Below, piece after piece: positions 47,361 to 59,144 of a stretch of DNA of 64,000 nucleotides. Source of the stretch: Antedon mediterranea. Taxonomy: Eukaryota > Animalia > Echinodermata. The notes under the pieces were generated by a model. That model saw only the letters and a program-made list of their open reading frames with translations. It was not told the DNA's origin and made no database searches. The DNA is taken from the NCBI RefSeq assembly GCF_964355755.1, contig NC_092672.1, positions 28,340,437-28,404,436 on the forward strand, in the 5' to 3' direction. Positions within the stretch are counted from its first letter, which is position 1; the number at the start of each line of letters is the position of its first letter. The position numbers were made by a program, and so were the translations under genes.

Positions 47361-50152
47361 AGCGGGCCTAGGCCTAGCTAGGCTACTTCAATTTCGGTGA
47401 TTTCCTGCCTTGCAATTTTGAGAAATGATAAAATGATGCCTCGCATTTTTTGATGATGGTAAAACGATGCCTCGCATAAATTTCTGACTTGCCTCGCATG
47501 CCTTCCCTGCCTCGCTGCCTCGCACTTTGTTACTACCCCCTTTTTAGCAGGGCATAATGAATATTGTAGCTAGGCTAGGCCTACTAGTCTAGCGGCAAAT
47601 CAACCAATTATTTGGTTGGATACGAGTTTAGGGTAGGAAGTTAAGTACGAGTTGGCATGGGTACGAGTCGACCAGGGGTGAATCGACCAGAGTACACCCG
47701 GCCGCCCTACTAGAGCATAGGCTACAGGCCTGCAGAAATGGGAAATCTGTCCTAGCTATAGGCATAGGCCTACATTAGGACGCCCAAAAAAGCCATCCTA
47801 TGAGCATAAAAAGGCCTCGTGGAGCCAGACATGTTAACATATACTACACAGTACTAGTACGTCTACCATTTATTATAGTTCCATGGTACTACGGATCACT
47901 ACTATCTAGCCTCTAGGTCTAGTAGGCTAGGGTAGGGTTCCAGTAATTTCGGTCGCGTTTTTTCAAGAGGGCATTTGAGAGGTGAGGTAGGTTAGCCCAG
48001 CTAGGCTAAACTAACATGTAAGTAGTATTCTACCATGGGATGGGAACGAGTCGGCATGGGGGTACGGGTTGATCTTTATCCGTATTCTAGGGTGCTGGTC
48101 AACCCGTAACATACCCATCAACTCGTACCAAACTTGGCTAACTCGTACCCAAATAATTGGTCAACTCGTACCAATAGCTTTATAGCTTTATTGATAGCTG
48201 GGTTCAAATCTAGGTTGGGACGGTTTTTTCTCATTCTAAAACAGATTTCCTTATAATAATAAAATAATATCGACCTATGAATTTAACTGTAATATTGTAT
48301 TGTATACATAATATTAGTAGTAATAGTAATTCCCATTGCATTTATTATTATAATATATTTTACGGTTACCCCTTAATTATACTATAGTATAACTTCCTTG
48401 TTATATTTTACAATATTTTCTTCGTAATTCAACAATTTTTTTTCACAGCTAATTATCAAACTGAATCATCACACACCAAATCTCATGAAATCTCTAGTGT
48501 ATTTCTCCAAGCTAATCCAGCTACATGGTATTGCCTTGAGGCTAAACTACACTGTATACTGGGCACTACCATCATTCCTGGCCCGTCAACCTGGACCACA
48601 TTATGGTCCAACACAGTCGTGTACTACTGATTCCAAATAGTGAATTACATCCTGTGGTCAAGGATTTATTTGCACTTATGCTTATTTCCTCCAACATACA
48701 GAGTACGTAGGGCTTTTAATTTGCTTTTATACCTGTTAATTAAAAAATCGTTTATGCCTATTGTTGCATAAAGATCAAATTTAGACTGTAAATACTGGGA
48801 TGATCACCCTAAATTTTCTTTTTCATTTAACAATTTTATATTTCACAGCCAGAATAAAAGCATACAGAGTTTTTTGTATTCATAACTGTTGAATTGCATC
48901 CCAATACATGGTACCTATTGGTATTATATCTATAAATATAAAGTACTCTCTAATAAATAGATGTATCTCTCCAAACTACTCCAACTACCTAATCTAATAA
49001 TAGTACTAGCATACTACTGTACACTTTGTAGACAAGAAATAAGTTGTATCCACCTAGAGGACTTATGGTAGTACTGTACAGTCGATCGTCCTCTCACATA
49101 ATCTATGCCTAGATTATTACAGTAATTAAAAAGTACATTATTACAAAGATTTTTTTTTTTTCAGAAATCAAAGTTGTGTGTATAGAAAGCAGTACTCGTA
49201 TTAAAAACTAAGCAGGTTGTACTCTTGAACGCAAACTGGCAGGAAAATTTTGAATAGTTTTTGTTGTTGAAATGATGGAATCCTAACTTCAATTTCCACG
49301 AACTGGAGACGAAGACATATTACGACCCTTTTATTTTATTTTATTGATATTTACTTGCATTCTCATCTTTTTAAAATTTTATTTATAATGCTGGTAATGA
49401 ATTTACTATTGAAAAAGTCATGTGTCCACTTATCTCAAATTGTGGCACACCTCTAACCTTGGTAATAATAATAATAATAAGATTTTTATAGCGCACATAC
49501 CACTCCAGAGTGCTCAAAAACTGACTGTTCTATATGAGTACATTTAATTTGCCATATAGTAGTATAGTAAAATTATCACCTTTAACATAAAGTATCCTCC
49601 TGAAACATGTATTTGTACTGTACTGCATCTACTATTCATTTAATTACTTAATACTAATTTGGGTGATTTATGTCTAACTTCAGGAATGATCTGAGGCTAG
49701 AAGAACGAATTTCTGCACATATAATTTATATAAAAAATAAACCAATGTTTTCCTAAAAATGTAACCCCTAGGTTGATAACTAAAAAAGAAATAATTGAAA
49801 TTGTGTTCTCACAATAATGTGTACTGTATCTACATATGCATACTGCTGTACTTGTTTTTAACCACATAATGGCATTAAAAAAAAAGAATGTTTTATAATT
49901 ATTATGCTATTTCCAAATATTAAAGGTTTGAAACAGAAACTAAATGTTACCAAACTATGTTTTTGAAAATCTCTATGATATAATATAATAATATGAACAT
50001 AATATTAAATTATATTGACTATTTTTGATAATCATCATGTCCTTATAAATTCATTTATATTTCTTTTGTGTAATATAGTTCATATATTATGTATTCAATA
50101 AATTGGTAAGGCCCTATATTGTTTATATTTAAGGAAAGTTTATATACACTAT

Positions 50153-51199
50153 TGTAACACTCTGACCATCAGGTCAACAACCCTTTTTCACTATTTCTCC
50201 CTACTCCATCTATTAACATTCCTAGTGGTTTCTTCCTATCCCTAGGTACTCTTTGTTCACTCTCCTATAACCCACATCCTTAATCAATTACTGTTTCCTC
50301 ATCATCATGGAATGTTCCCTTTACTAAATAGTCCCCTCCCAGTACATGCATATTAATTAGGACCGTTCCTTTAAATATGGATGTACTGGTAAGAGGAGAG
50401 AAGAGAAGGAAAAGAGCTTGGTAGAATAAAACCTTTATAATAGAGAGAAGAGAAGGAAAAGAGCTTGGTAGAATAAAACATTTATAATAGAGAGAGGAAA
50501 ACGTATGTAATGTAGCCAGAACAGACTGTATTACATTGCATATTTAAATAAAACTGTATCTGACCATAAACCATATTTGCTGTTGGTACATTTTGTGACT
50601 GTGTGAAATCCTGCCGCTCAGACTATATGGTATAGTAACGGATACACTAAAATACCACCGTTACAACTGGTTCCCACACCAATTAATGTAACACTCTGAC
50701 CATCAGGTCAACAACCCTTTTTCACTATTTCTCCCTACTCCATCTATTAACATTCCTAGTGGTTTCTTCCTATCCCTAGGTACTCTTTGTTCACTCTCCT
50801 ATAACCCACATCCTTAATCAATTACTGTTTCCTCATCATCATGGAATGTTCCCTTTACTAAATAGTCCCCTCCCAGTACATGCATATTAATTAGGACCGT
50901 TCCTTAAAATATGGATGTACTGGTAAGAGGAGAGAAGAGAAGGAAAAGAGCTTGGTAGAATAAAACCTTTATAATAGAGAGAAGAGAAGGAAAAGAGCTT
51001 GGTAGAATAAAACATTTATAATAGAGAGAGGAAAACGTATGTAATGTAGCCAGAACAGACTGTATTACATTGCATATTTAAATAAAACTGTATCTGACCA
51101 TAAACCATATTTGCTGTTGGTACATTTTGTGACTGTGTGAAATCCTGCCGCTCAGACTATATGGTATAGTAACGGATACACTAAAATACCACCGTTACA
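50153..51199 (+). mobile_element. Minimal LTR element: two 513-bp LTRs separated by 21 bp (TRIM-like)
   Basis: TGTAAC...GTTACA LTRs at 50153-50665 and 50687-51199 with one mismatch seen; 4-bp TSD CTAT; empty site in the other arm (~53214-53226). Strand is inferred from TATA-like/AATAAA order. Confidence 0.9.
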
Positions 51200-54100
51200 C
51201 TATTATTTTATGCCTACCAATATTAGTATTAATTGTTTATGTAACTATTTTGTCTAATTGCATTGATTTTTTGTATAGGCCAATGGCATTAATGTTTTCT
51301 CAAATCAAATTAGCCTAATAATGCCATATTTACAAACATAATTCATTGATTTCTGATATTCTGTACTTGTGTATGCATTACTAAAATAGTAGTTATTAAA
51401 TTTCATTTATAATGTATGTATAAACTTTTATTCAGTTTTTTTTTTACATTTTTAAGTTTAACAATTATTAAAATACCTATCTACCTTTCTGTTATTGTTA
51501 CTATTATAATATTTTTTGAGGCAGATTGATTTCAATAAAAAAATTTTAAACAATTAATTTGATTTATACTGTACTATGTTAGTTCAGGAGATGAAGTGTG
51601 TGTTGGTAGAATCTGGTGTGTTGGAGGTTGGTGATGTGAGGTGTATTTTTGTCACTTTAAGACCTAAATTAGATGTTTTCTGAAGAAAAGAAGTAAGTGG
51701 ATAGGCTTTCAAACAACTCCAAGAAGATTCACACAAAAATAATTACTTCCCAATAAAATAGTATGTAACAGTGTATATTACACTACATTGAATAAACTCG
51801 AGCGGAAAAATAACACACATAAAAAATCATTCATTTGCTTGTCGAAAAGCTCTCTCTCTAGTTTTCTATTAATTTATTAATAATTATTATTAATTAATGA
51901 GTAATATAAACTTATTTTTAACATTTAATGCTGGAAGCTGATTCTACTCCTAACAAGGTTTCATACCTCCAAATTTCGTCAACGTATTCAAAGCACTTCA
52001 ATAAATATCACATTGAACATTAAAAATTAGGGTTATGGATAGAATTTTGCTTAAAAACATATACAAAAAACATCGATAAAAAATACTTTTCGAATTTAAA
52101 AACATTTGAAACTTCTTTTATAATGTTCAATATAGGTTGCTCTATTCACAGAAACAAAATTTCATTCATGAACGTTTTTTGTTGGTTGTTTTTTTCAAAA
52201 TCGTTATTAGGTTTAAAAAATGCATTGGAATTGTATGGTCTTTCATAAGTGTACATTTTGTAAAATTAAAAAATCAGTAATATGGCTCGATAGTTTTTTT
52301 TTTTTTTGCAATATGGATGGAGCAACCTATATTGAACATTTATACCAAGTATCAAATGTTTGTGAATACGAAAACTATTTTTTATCAATGTTTTTTGTAT
52401 ATGTTTTAAGCAAAATTCTATACATAACCCTAATTTTTATTGTTCAATGTGATATTTATTGAAGTCCTTTGAATACGTTGATGAAATTTGGAGGTATGAA
52501 ACTTTGTTTGGAGTAGAATCAGCTTCCAGCATCAAATGTTAAAAAATATGTTTATATTACTCATTAATTAATAATAATTATTAATAAATTAATAGAAAAC
52601 TAGAGAGGGCGCTTTTCGACAAGGAAATGAATGTTTTTTTATGTGTGTTATTTTTCCGCTCGAATTCATTCAATGTACTTTAATATACACTATTACATAC
52701 TATTTTATTGGGAAGCCTATTCGCTTCTTTTCTTCAGAAAACATCTAATTTAGGTCTTAAAGTCACAAAAATACACCTCACATCACCAACCTCAAACACA
52801 CCAGATTCTACCAACACACACTTCATCTCCTGAACTAACATAGTATAGTATAAGTCAAATTAAATGTTTTAAATTTTTTTATTGAAATCAATCTTCTGCA
52901 AAAAATATTATAATAGTAACAATAACAGAAAGGTTGATAGGTATTTTAATATTTTTTAAACTTAAAAAGGTAAAAAAAAACTGAATAAATGTTTATACAT
53001 ACATTATAAATGAAATAAAATAACTACTATTTTAGTAATGCATACACAAGTACAGAATATCAGAAATCAATGAATTATGTGTCTAAATATGGCATTATTA
53101 GGCTAATTTGCTTTGAGAAAAACATTAATGCCATTGGCCTATACAAAAAATCAATGCAATTAGACAAAATAGTTACATAAACAATTAATACTAACAATAT
53201 TGGTAGGCATAAAATAATAGTGTATATAAACTTTCCTTAAATATAAACAGTATAGGGCCTTACCAATTTATTGAATACATAATATATGAACTATATTACA
53301 CAAAAGAAATATAAATGAATTTATAAGGACATGATTATCAATATAATTTAATATTATGTTCATATTATTATATTATATCAGAGATTTTCAAAAACATAGT
53401 TTGGTAACATTTAGTTTCTGTTTCAGACCTTTAATATTTGGAAATACCCTATAATAATTATAAAACATTCTTGTTTTCAATGCCATTATGCGGTTAAAAA
53501 CAAGTACAGCAGCATGCATATGTAGATACAGTACACCTATATATTGTGAGAACATAATTTCAATAATTTCTTTGTTAGTTATCAACCTAGGGGTTAAATT
53601 ATTAGGAACACATTGGTTTATTTTTTATATGTGTACAGAAATTCGTTCTTCTAGCCTCAGATCATTCCTGAAGTTAGACATAAATCACATCAATTAGTAT
53701 TAAGTAATGGATATTAGATGAAGTACAGTAGGCCTACAAGTACATGTTTCAGGAGGATACTTTATGTTAAAGGTGATAATTAGTTTAAATGTTACCCCAA
53801 TGAAATTTATTCAATTACCAGGTTGAAGTAGTCTGGTGGAAACACTACTATATGTACTCATGTAGAACACAGTCAGTTCTACCAAGGTTAGAGGTGGGTG
53901 CCAACACTTGAGATAAGTGGAAACATGACCTTTTCAATAGTAAATCCATTACCAGCATTATAAATAAAATGTTAAAAAGATGAGAATGCAAGTAAATATT
54001 AGATTCATAGTCCTCATTATGCACAATGGTTTTCTACTATCACATTATTAAAATATAAAACAATCATATAGCCTTTAATGAATTTACATGGAGGTCTATC

Positions 54101-54847
54101 CAAATAAATTTAAATAAAAGGGTCGTAATATGTCTTTGTCTTCAGTTCGTGGAAAATGAACAAAAAATAATCAAAATATCCTGCCAGTTTGCGTTCAGTA
54201 CAACCTGCTTAGTTTTTAATACGAGTACTGCTTTCTATACACATAACTTTGATTTCTGCAAAAAAAAAAATCTCTGTAATAATGTACTTTTTAATTACTG
54301 TAATAATCTAGGCATAGATTATGTTGACCAGGCCAGTGAGAGGACGATCGACTGTACAGTACTACCATAAGTCCTCTAGGTGGATACAACTTATTTCTTG
54401 TCTACAAAGTGTACAGTAGTATGCTAGTACTATTATTAGATTAGGTAGTTGGAGTAGTTTGGAGAGATACATCTATTTATTAGAGAGTACTTTATATTTA
54501 TAGATATAATACCAATAGGTACCATGTATTGGGATGCAATTCAACAGTTATGAATACAAAAAACTCTGTATGCTTTTATTCTGGCTGTGAAATATAAAAT
54601 TGTTAAATGAAAAAGAAAATTTAGGGTGATCATCCCAGTATTTACAGTCTAAATTTGATCTTTATGCAACAATAGGCATAAACGATTTTTTAATTAACAG
54701 GTATAAAAGCAAATTAAAAGCCCTACGTACTCTGTATGTTGGAGGAAATAAGCATAAGTGCAAATAAATCCTTGACCACAGGATGTAATTCACTATTTGG
54801 AATCAGTAGTACACGACTGTGTTGGACCATAATGTGGTTGACGGGCC

Positions 54848-55821
54848 GCAATTTTTTTTTTCGTACATAAGTTGGGGACCCCCTCATGAAACGTCACAAA
54901 ATAAACATGAATAATTCATCAGTTAAATTTTCTTGTTCCGTGTGCACCCAAGCGTATAGCAACAAGAAGTGAGCACACAAGTGCGGTACGATTCTAGGCC
55001 TATCTCCGCTGTTGTTGCGGCGTGCGATTTCATAGAAGATAGCGGCGTTGTGTGTGGATTGTCGAAATAATCAGCCTTAGTTTATGGTGTTTTTAATATA
55101 ATTTATTACTAAAAAATTACGTGTTAAAATTATAGTTTCTATTAATACTATTAGGCCTAATTATTAGTCTCTAAACCCATGTGTGTCTATTCTAGTAGTA
55201 GCTGTGTGGGGGTGTGTGTGACGTGTGTGTGTTAGGTATGACCAAAGATAGTTATCTTTGGTATGACACAATCCGAGTAATAAGTCAGCAAAATTAAACA
55301 ATAAACATTACACAAAAATACATTTTTTATTCTCGTGGGTCAAATCTTCCCATCTCATGTGTTCATATACGGGCATTTTTAAAGTTCCTTTGAGTACATG
55401 CATATTGTTTGATAATAAAATAGCAGAATTAAAAAAATACAGTACACAAATTATATACACATTCTTTATTCTTGTGGCTCTAAGCTTTCTTTGGGCTATG
55501 TCCAATGAATTACTACTTAGTTTAATCATGGAGGTATAAAAATATACCTCCATGGTTTAATGTCTTGCCTAGCTGTCGATTAGCCTCGACTCGACACATT
55601 TTGTGTGAAGAAGAGTGCGCGAAGGCAATCACGTGAATTGACTTATAATCCTAGGCCTACTGTAGAAAGTATCGTTTATCGTATCGCAGTTGTGTAATCA
55701 CTTCTTGTTGCTATACGCTTGGGTGCACACGGAACAACAAATTTAACTGATGAATTATTCATGTTTATTTGGTGACGTTTCATGAGGGGGTCCCCAACTT
55801 ATGTACGAAAAAAAAAATCGC
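54848..55821. mobile_element. Mutator-like (MULE) non-autonomous element
   Basis: ~125-bp TIRs, 9-bp TSD TGACGGGCC (54839-54847, 55822-55830), empty site in the left arm near 48580. Confidence 0.88.
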
Positions 55822-57336
55822 TGACGGGCCAGGAATGATGGTAGTGCCCAGTATACAGTGTAGTTTAGCCCATAGAGAATATCTCTATGTTTAGCCTCAA
55901 GGCAATACCATGTAGCTGGATTAGATTTCATGAGATTTGGTGTGTGATGATTCAGTTTGATAATTAGCTGTGAAAAAAAATTGTTGAATTATGAAGAAAA
56001 TATTGTAAAATATAACAAGGAAGTTATACTATAGTATAATTAAGGGGTAACCGTAAAATATATTATAATAATAAATGCAATGGGAATTACTATTACTACT
56101 AATATTATGTATACAATACAATATTACAGTTAAATTCATAGGTCGATATTATTTTATTATTATAAGGAAATCTGTTTTAGAATGAGAAAAAACCGTCCCA
56201 ACCTAGATTTGAACCCAGCTATCAATAAAGCTATAAAGCTATTGGTACGAGTTGACCAATTATTTGGGTACGAGTTAGCCAAGTTTGGTACGAGTTGACA
56301 TGGGTATGTTACGGGTTGACCAGCACCCTAGAATACGGATAAAGATCAACCCGTACCCCCATGCCGACTCGTTCCCATCCCATGGTAGAATACTACTTAC
56401 ATGTTAGTTTAGCCTAGCTGGGCTAACCTACCTCACCTCTCACATGCCCTCCTGAAAAAACGCGACCGAAATTACTGGAACCCTAGCCTACTAGACCTAG
56501 ATAGTAGTGATCCGTAGTACCATGGAACTATAATAAATGGTAGACGTACTAGTACTGTGTAGTATATGTTAACATGTCTGGCTCCACGACACGAGGCCAT
56601 TTTATGCTCATAGGATGGCTTTTTTGGGCGTCCCAATGTAGGCCTATGCCTATAGCTAGGACAGATTTCCCATTCCTGCAGGCCTGTAGCCTATGTTCTA
56701 ATAGGGCGGCCGGGTGTACTCTGGTCGATTCACCCCTGGTCAACTCGTACCCATGCCAACTCGTACTTAACTTCCTACCCTAAACTCGTATCAAACCAAA
56801 TAATTGGTTGATTTGCCGCTAGACTAGTAGGCCTAGCGTAGCTACAATATTCATTATGCCCTGCTAAAAAGGTAGATGAGCATGAGTATAATAATAACAA
56901 TTGACTAGAAGGCCTAAAAGCGGCGGAAAACACCTATCCATTCTTGCATGGCAGTACGAAAACCTGCCTATGGTTGTACATCATTGTAAATTGTCAACAC
57001 ACACTGTGCTACAGACAGTGTACCATGTGTTAAAAGTACAGCATTTATAGCAGACAGCAACGTGTAAAACTTGCTATAGTTTTACAGATAGCACCTGTGG
57101 ACAGTAGCAGAATCGGGTGTATTAATGCATTTTGTTAGCTTAAACTTAAAACAAAAACAAATACCCTGCAATGCCTTAGCTTGTATTTCTGATTTACAGG
57201 TACTTGAGGTCATTGAAGCAAACCGTCCAAACAGGACATTAGTCACAAATGGATGAAACGTGTTGTGTTTAACGTATGTGCTCTGTGCAACGTCTGTCCT
57301 ATGGAGAACGTCCACTTGCACAAACTTAAAGATTGA

Positions 57337-57424
57337 ATGCAGTCTACGCCTCGATGTGGGCCAGATGACGGAATGAATACTTCCAAAATCAGACGTTTGT
57401 TTGCAAAACACGAAACAAATCCAG
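57337..57424 (+). CDS. Candidate upstream exon of death-domain gene (MQSTPRCG...ETNP)
   Basis: Phase-1 donor cag|gtact at 57425 matches the phase-1 acceptor at 57838. Start codon uncertain because an in-frame TGA sits at 57334. Confidence 0.4.
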
Positions 57425-57837
57425 GTACTGCATGAAACCATTCTTGTTCAGTACCATGTAACACCTTTATTTTTACTTTTTTTGACATAATAAGTCAATT
57501 GACTTTGATTAAAATGGTTAGTAAAATGAGTCTCACTATCTATAATTTCGCTGGAATCATAGGGAAATCATGTGACAGTATCACATGCCCAAGATTATCC
57601 TACCTTCACTTGATATACACGCCGCTTGTGATACACATGTGACACACGAGAGATGGTGTATTACGGAGTTTTCCCATAACATTGGACAAACAATGAAATA
57701 TGGAGAAACAGTAGTGATAATTGGGTTTCTCAGTGGCATATTCTATTGTTATCTATTTTCCCCAAAACAATTGTTTTAAATATAACAAAACGTTAAAAAT
57801 GTTTGTATTACCAAATAAATATGTTGTATTTTTTCAG

Positions 57838-58208
57838 CTTTCCAACCCACTGCTACTCAAGAAAACTCAAATGTTCCAGGGTTTCTGCGATTTCTCATTG
57901 GCATCTATAAAGACATTCCTTCACCAATCTTGCCATTAGAAGTTATGACACAGATTTGTGTTCGTCTGGATCCTCTTCGCTCAACAGACTACAATGACTG
58001 GCGTGGCGTAGCATGTAAGGTTGGCTATGATCGTTACATAGACTACATCATGAGCATGAGCTTTGTATCAATGATCAATAGCCCTACTATGTGTGTAATG
58101 CATGGATGGTCTGAGAAAGGTTTGTCATTGAACGATTTTAAGGGGTGTATGATTGAAATGAATCGTCATGATGTTGTAAGTATAATTGATGAACATCTTA
58201 ACCTGTAA
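57838..58208 (+). CDS. Death-domain-containing protein, terminal exon
   Basis: ttttcag acceptor and an open frame to TAA. Motifs LD...NDWRGVA..VG, SPT..VM..W and MNRHDVV.II match the death-domain pattern seen in MyD88/IRAK/Pelle-type and death-receptor proteins. Confidence 0.75.
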
Positions 58209-59144
58209 AGATGGATGAACAAAGTAGAATGATGAATAACAGTTTACTGTATTTATTCAGAGAGTTATGTAGAATTAAAATCAATTCTAATAAATTTTAT
58301 AAACTCAAAGACACATCTTTTCAAACAGAAGCTTAACTCAATAGACACATTTCTAAAGAATTCAAATATTGATATTGATTTATATATACATTCCGCTTTA
58401 ATGTTTAAATGTATTGTTCAACTAATATTGTTTGAATATATTAAAATAAGCAATGAAATTAATATGCAAATCTTACAAATATTATTATAATTTGAGAAAC
58501 AATAATGAAACAAAGTACTATAGGCACTGCAGCACTAGGTTGTGAAGTTGCAGTGAAAACACATAAGAGAAAATATTTATGAGAGTACTGGTTCTGGTTT
58601 AATGAAATTAAATCACTTCTTCGGAGCTTGAGATACCGGTAAAATCCAGAAACTAATTTGCATAACAAACTTTGTTTCACAAAAATATCTTCACTAATAG
58701 TTTGTACTTAACTTCGAATAAGGATTTCTTACAAAACATCGTCTATTTTAACTAAAACTTATAACTTAACTAAATCAATCATTCTGTTTAGTATGTGTTA
58801 GATTTCTATATTTTCAAATAAGAAGCAAATAATACAAGTATCACAATGTGTTTTTCAAGGATATTATCACCCATGATTATATTGGTAAGTAAACGTATAA
58901 CCAGCTTTTGTCTGTAACATTATATAACCAATGTTTGTGTATAAGTTTATTATCTTATGTGTCCCATCACATTAGTACTACTGTTAGATTAGTTGCATTA
59001 GTTGTAAACATTAGCTTAAAAAAATACTTTCCAAATTGTTTTAATACAGTATTGTATTTATATATGAACAATGCACTTTTTACAGTTTTTGTGATGTTTG
59101 TGTTAATATTTTGTGTGAATGTTTATAAGTTGCAACAATTGTTT

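Larger units (their letters stand above)
38934..47538. mobile_element. Putative TIR DNA element with GCGAGGCA subterminal repeats, hosting the BEL insertion
   Basis: acaaagtgcgaggcagcgaggca (38942) is inverted at 47508-47530, with 5-6 motif copies at each end. No TSD found. Confidence 0.5.
47539..56872. repeat. ~9.3-kb palindrome: arms 47539-~52150 and ~52311-56872, ~160-bp spacer
   Basis: Continuous reverse-complement similarity from cctttttagcagggcataatg / cattatgccctgctaaaaagg to the centre, apart from arm-specific insertions. Confidence 0.95.

Noticed and set aside
47539-56872. Palindrome as a simple assembly or read fold-back artefact
   Set aside because: The arms differ by many substitutions and by insertions with proper TSDs, which an artefact would not produce.
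57334-57336. Selenocysteine codon
   Set aside because: No SECIS element was recognisable by eye, and a nonsense mutation or upstream ORF stop is simpler.
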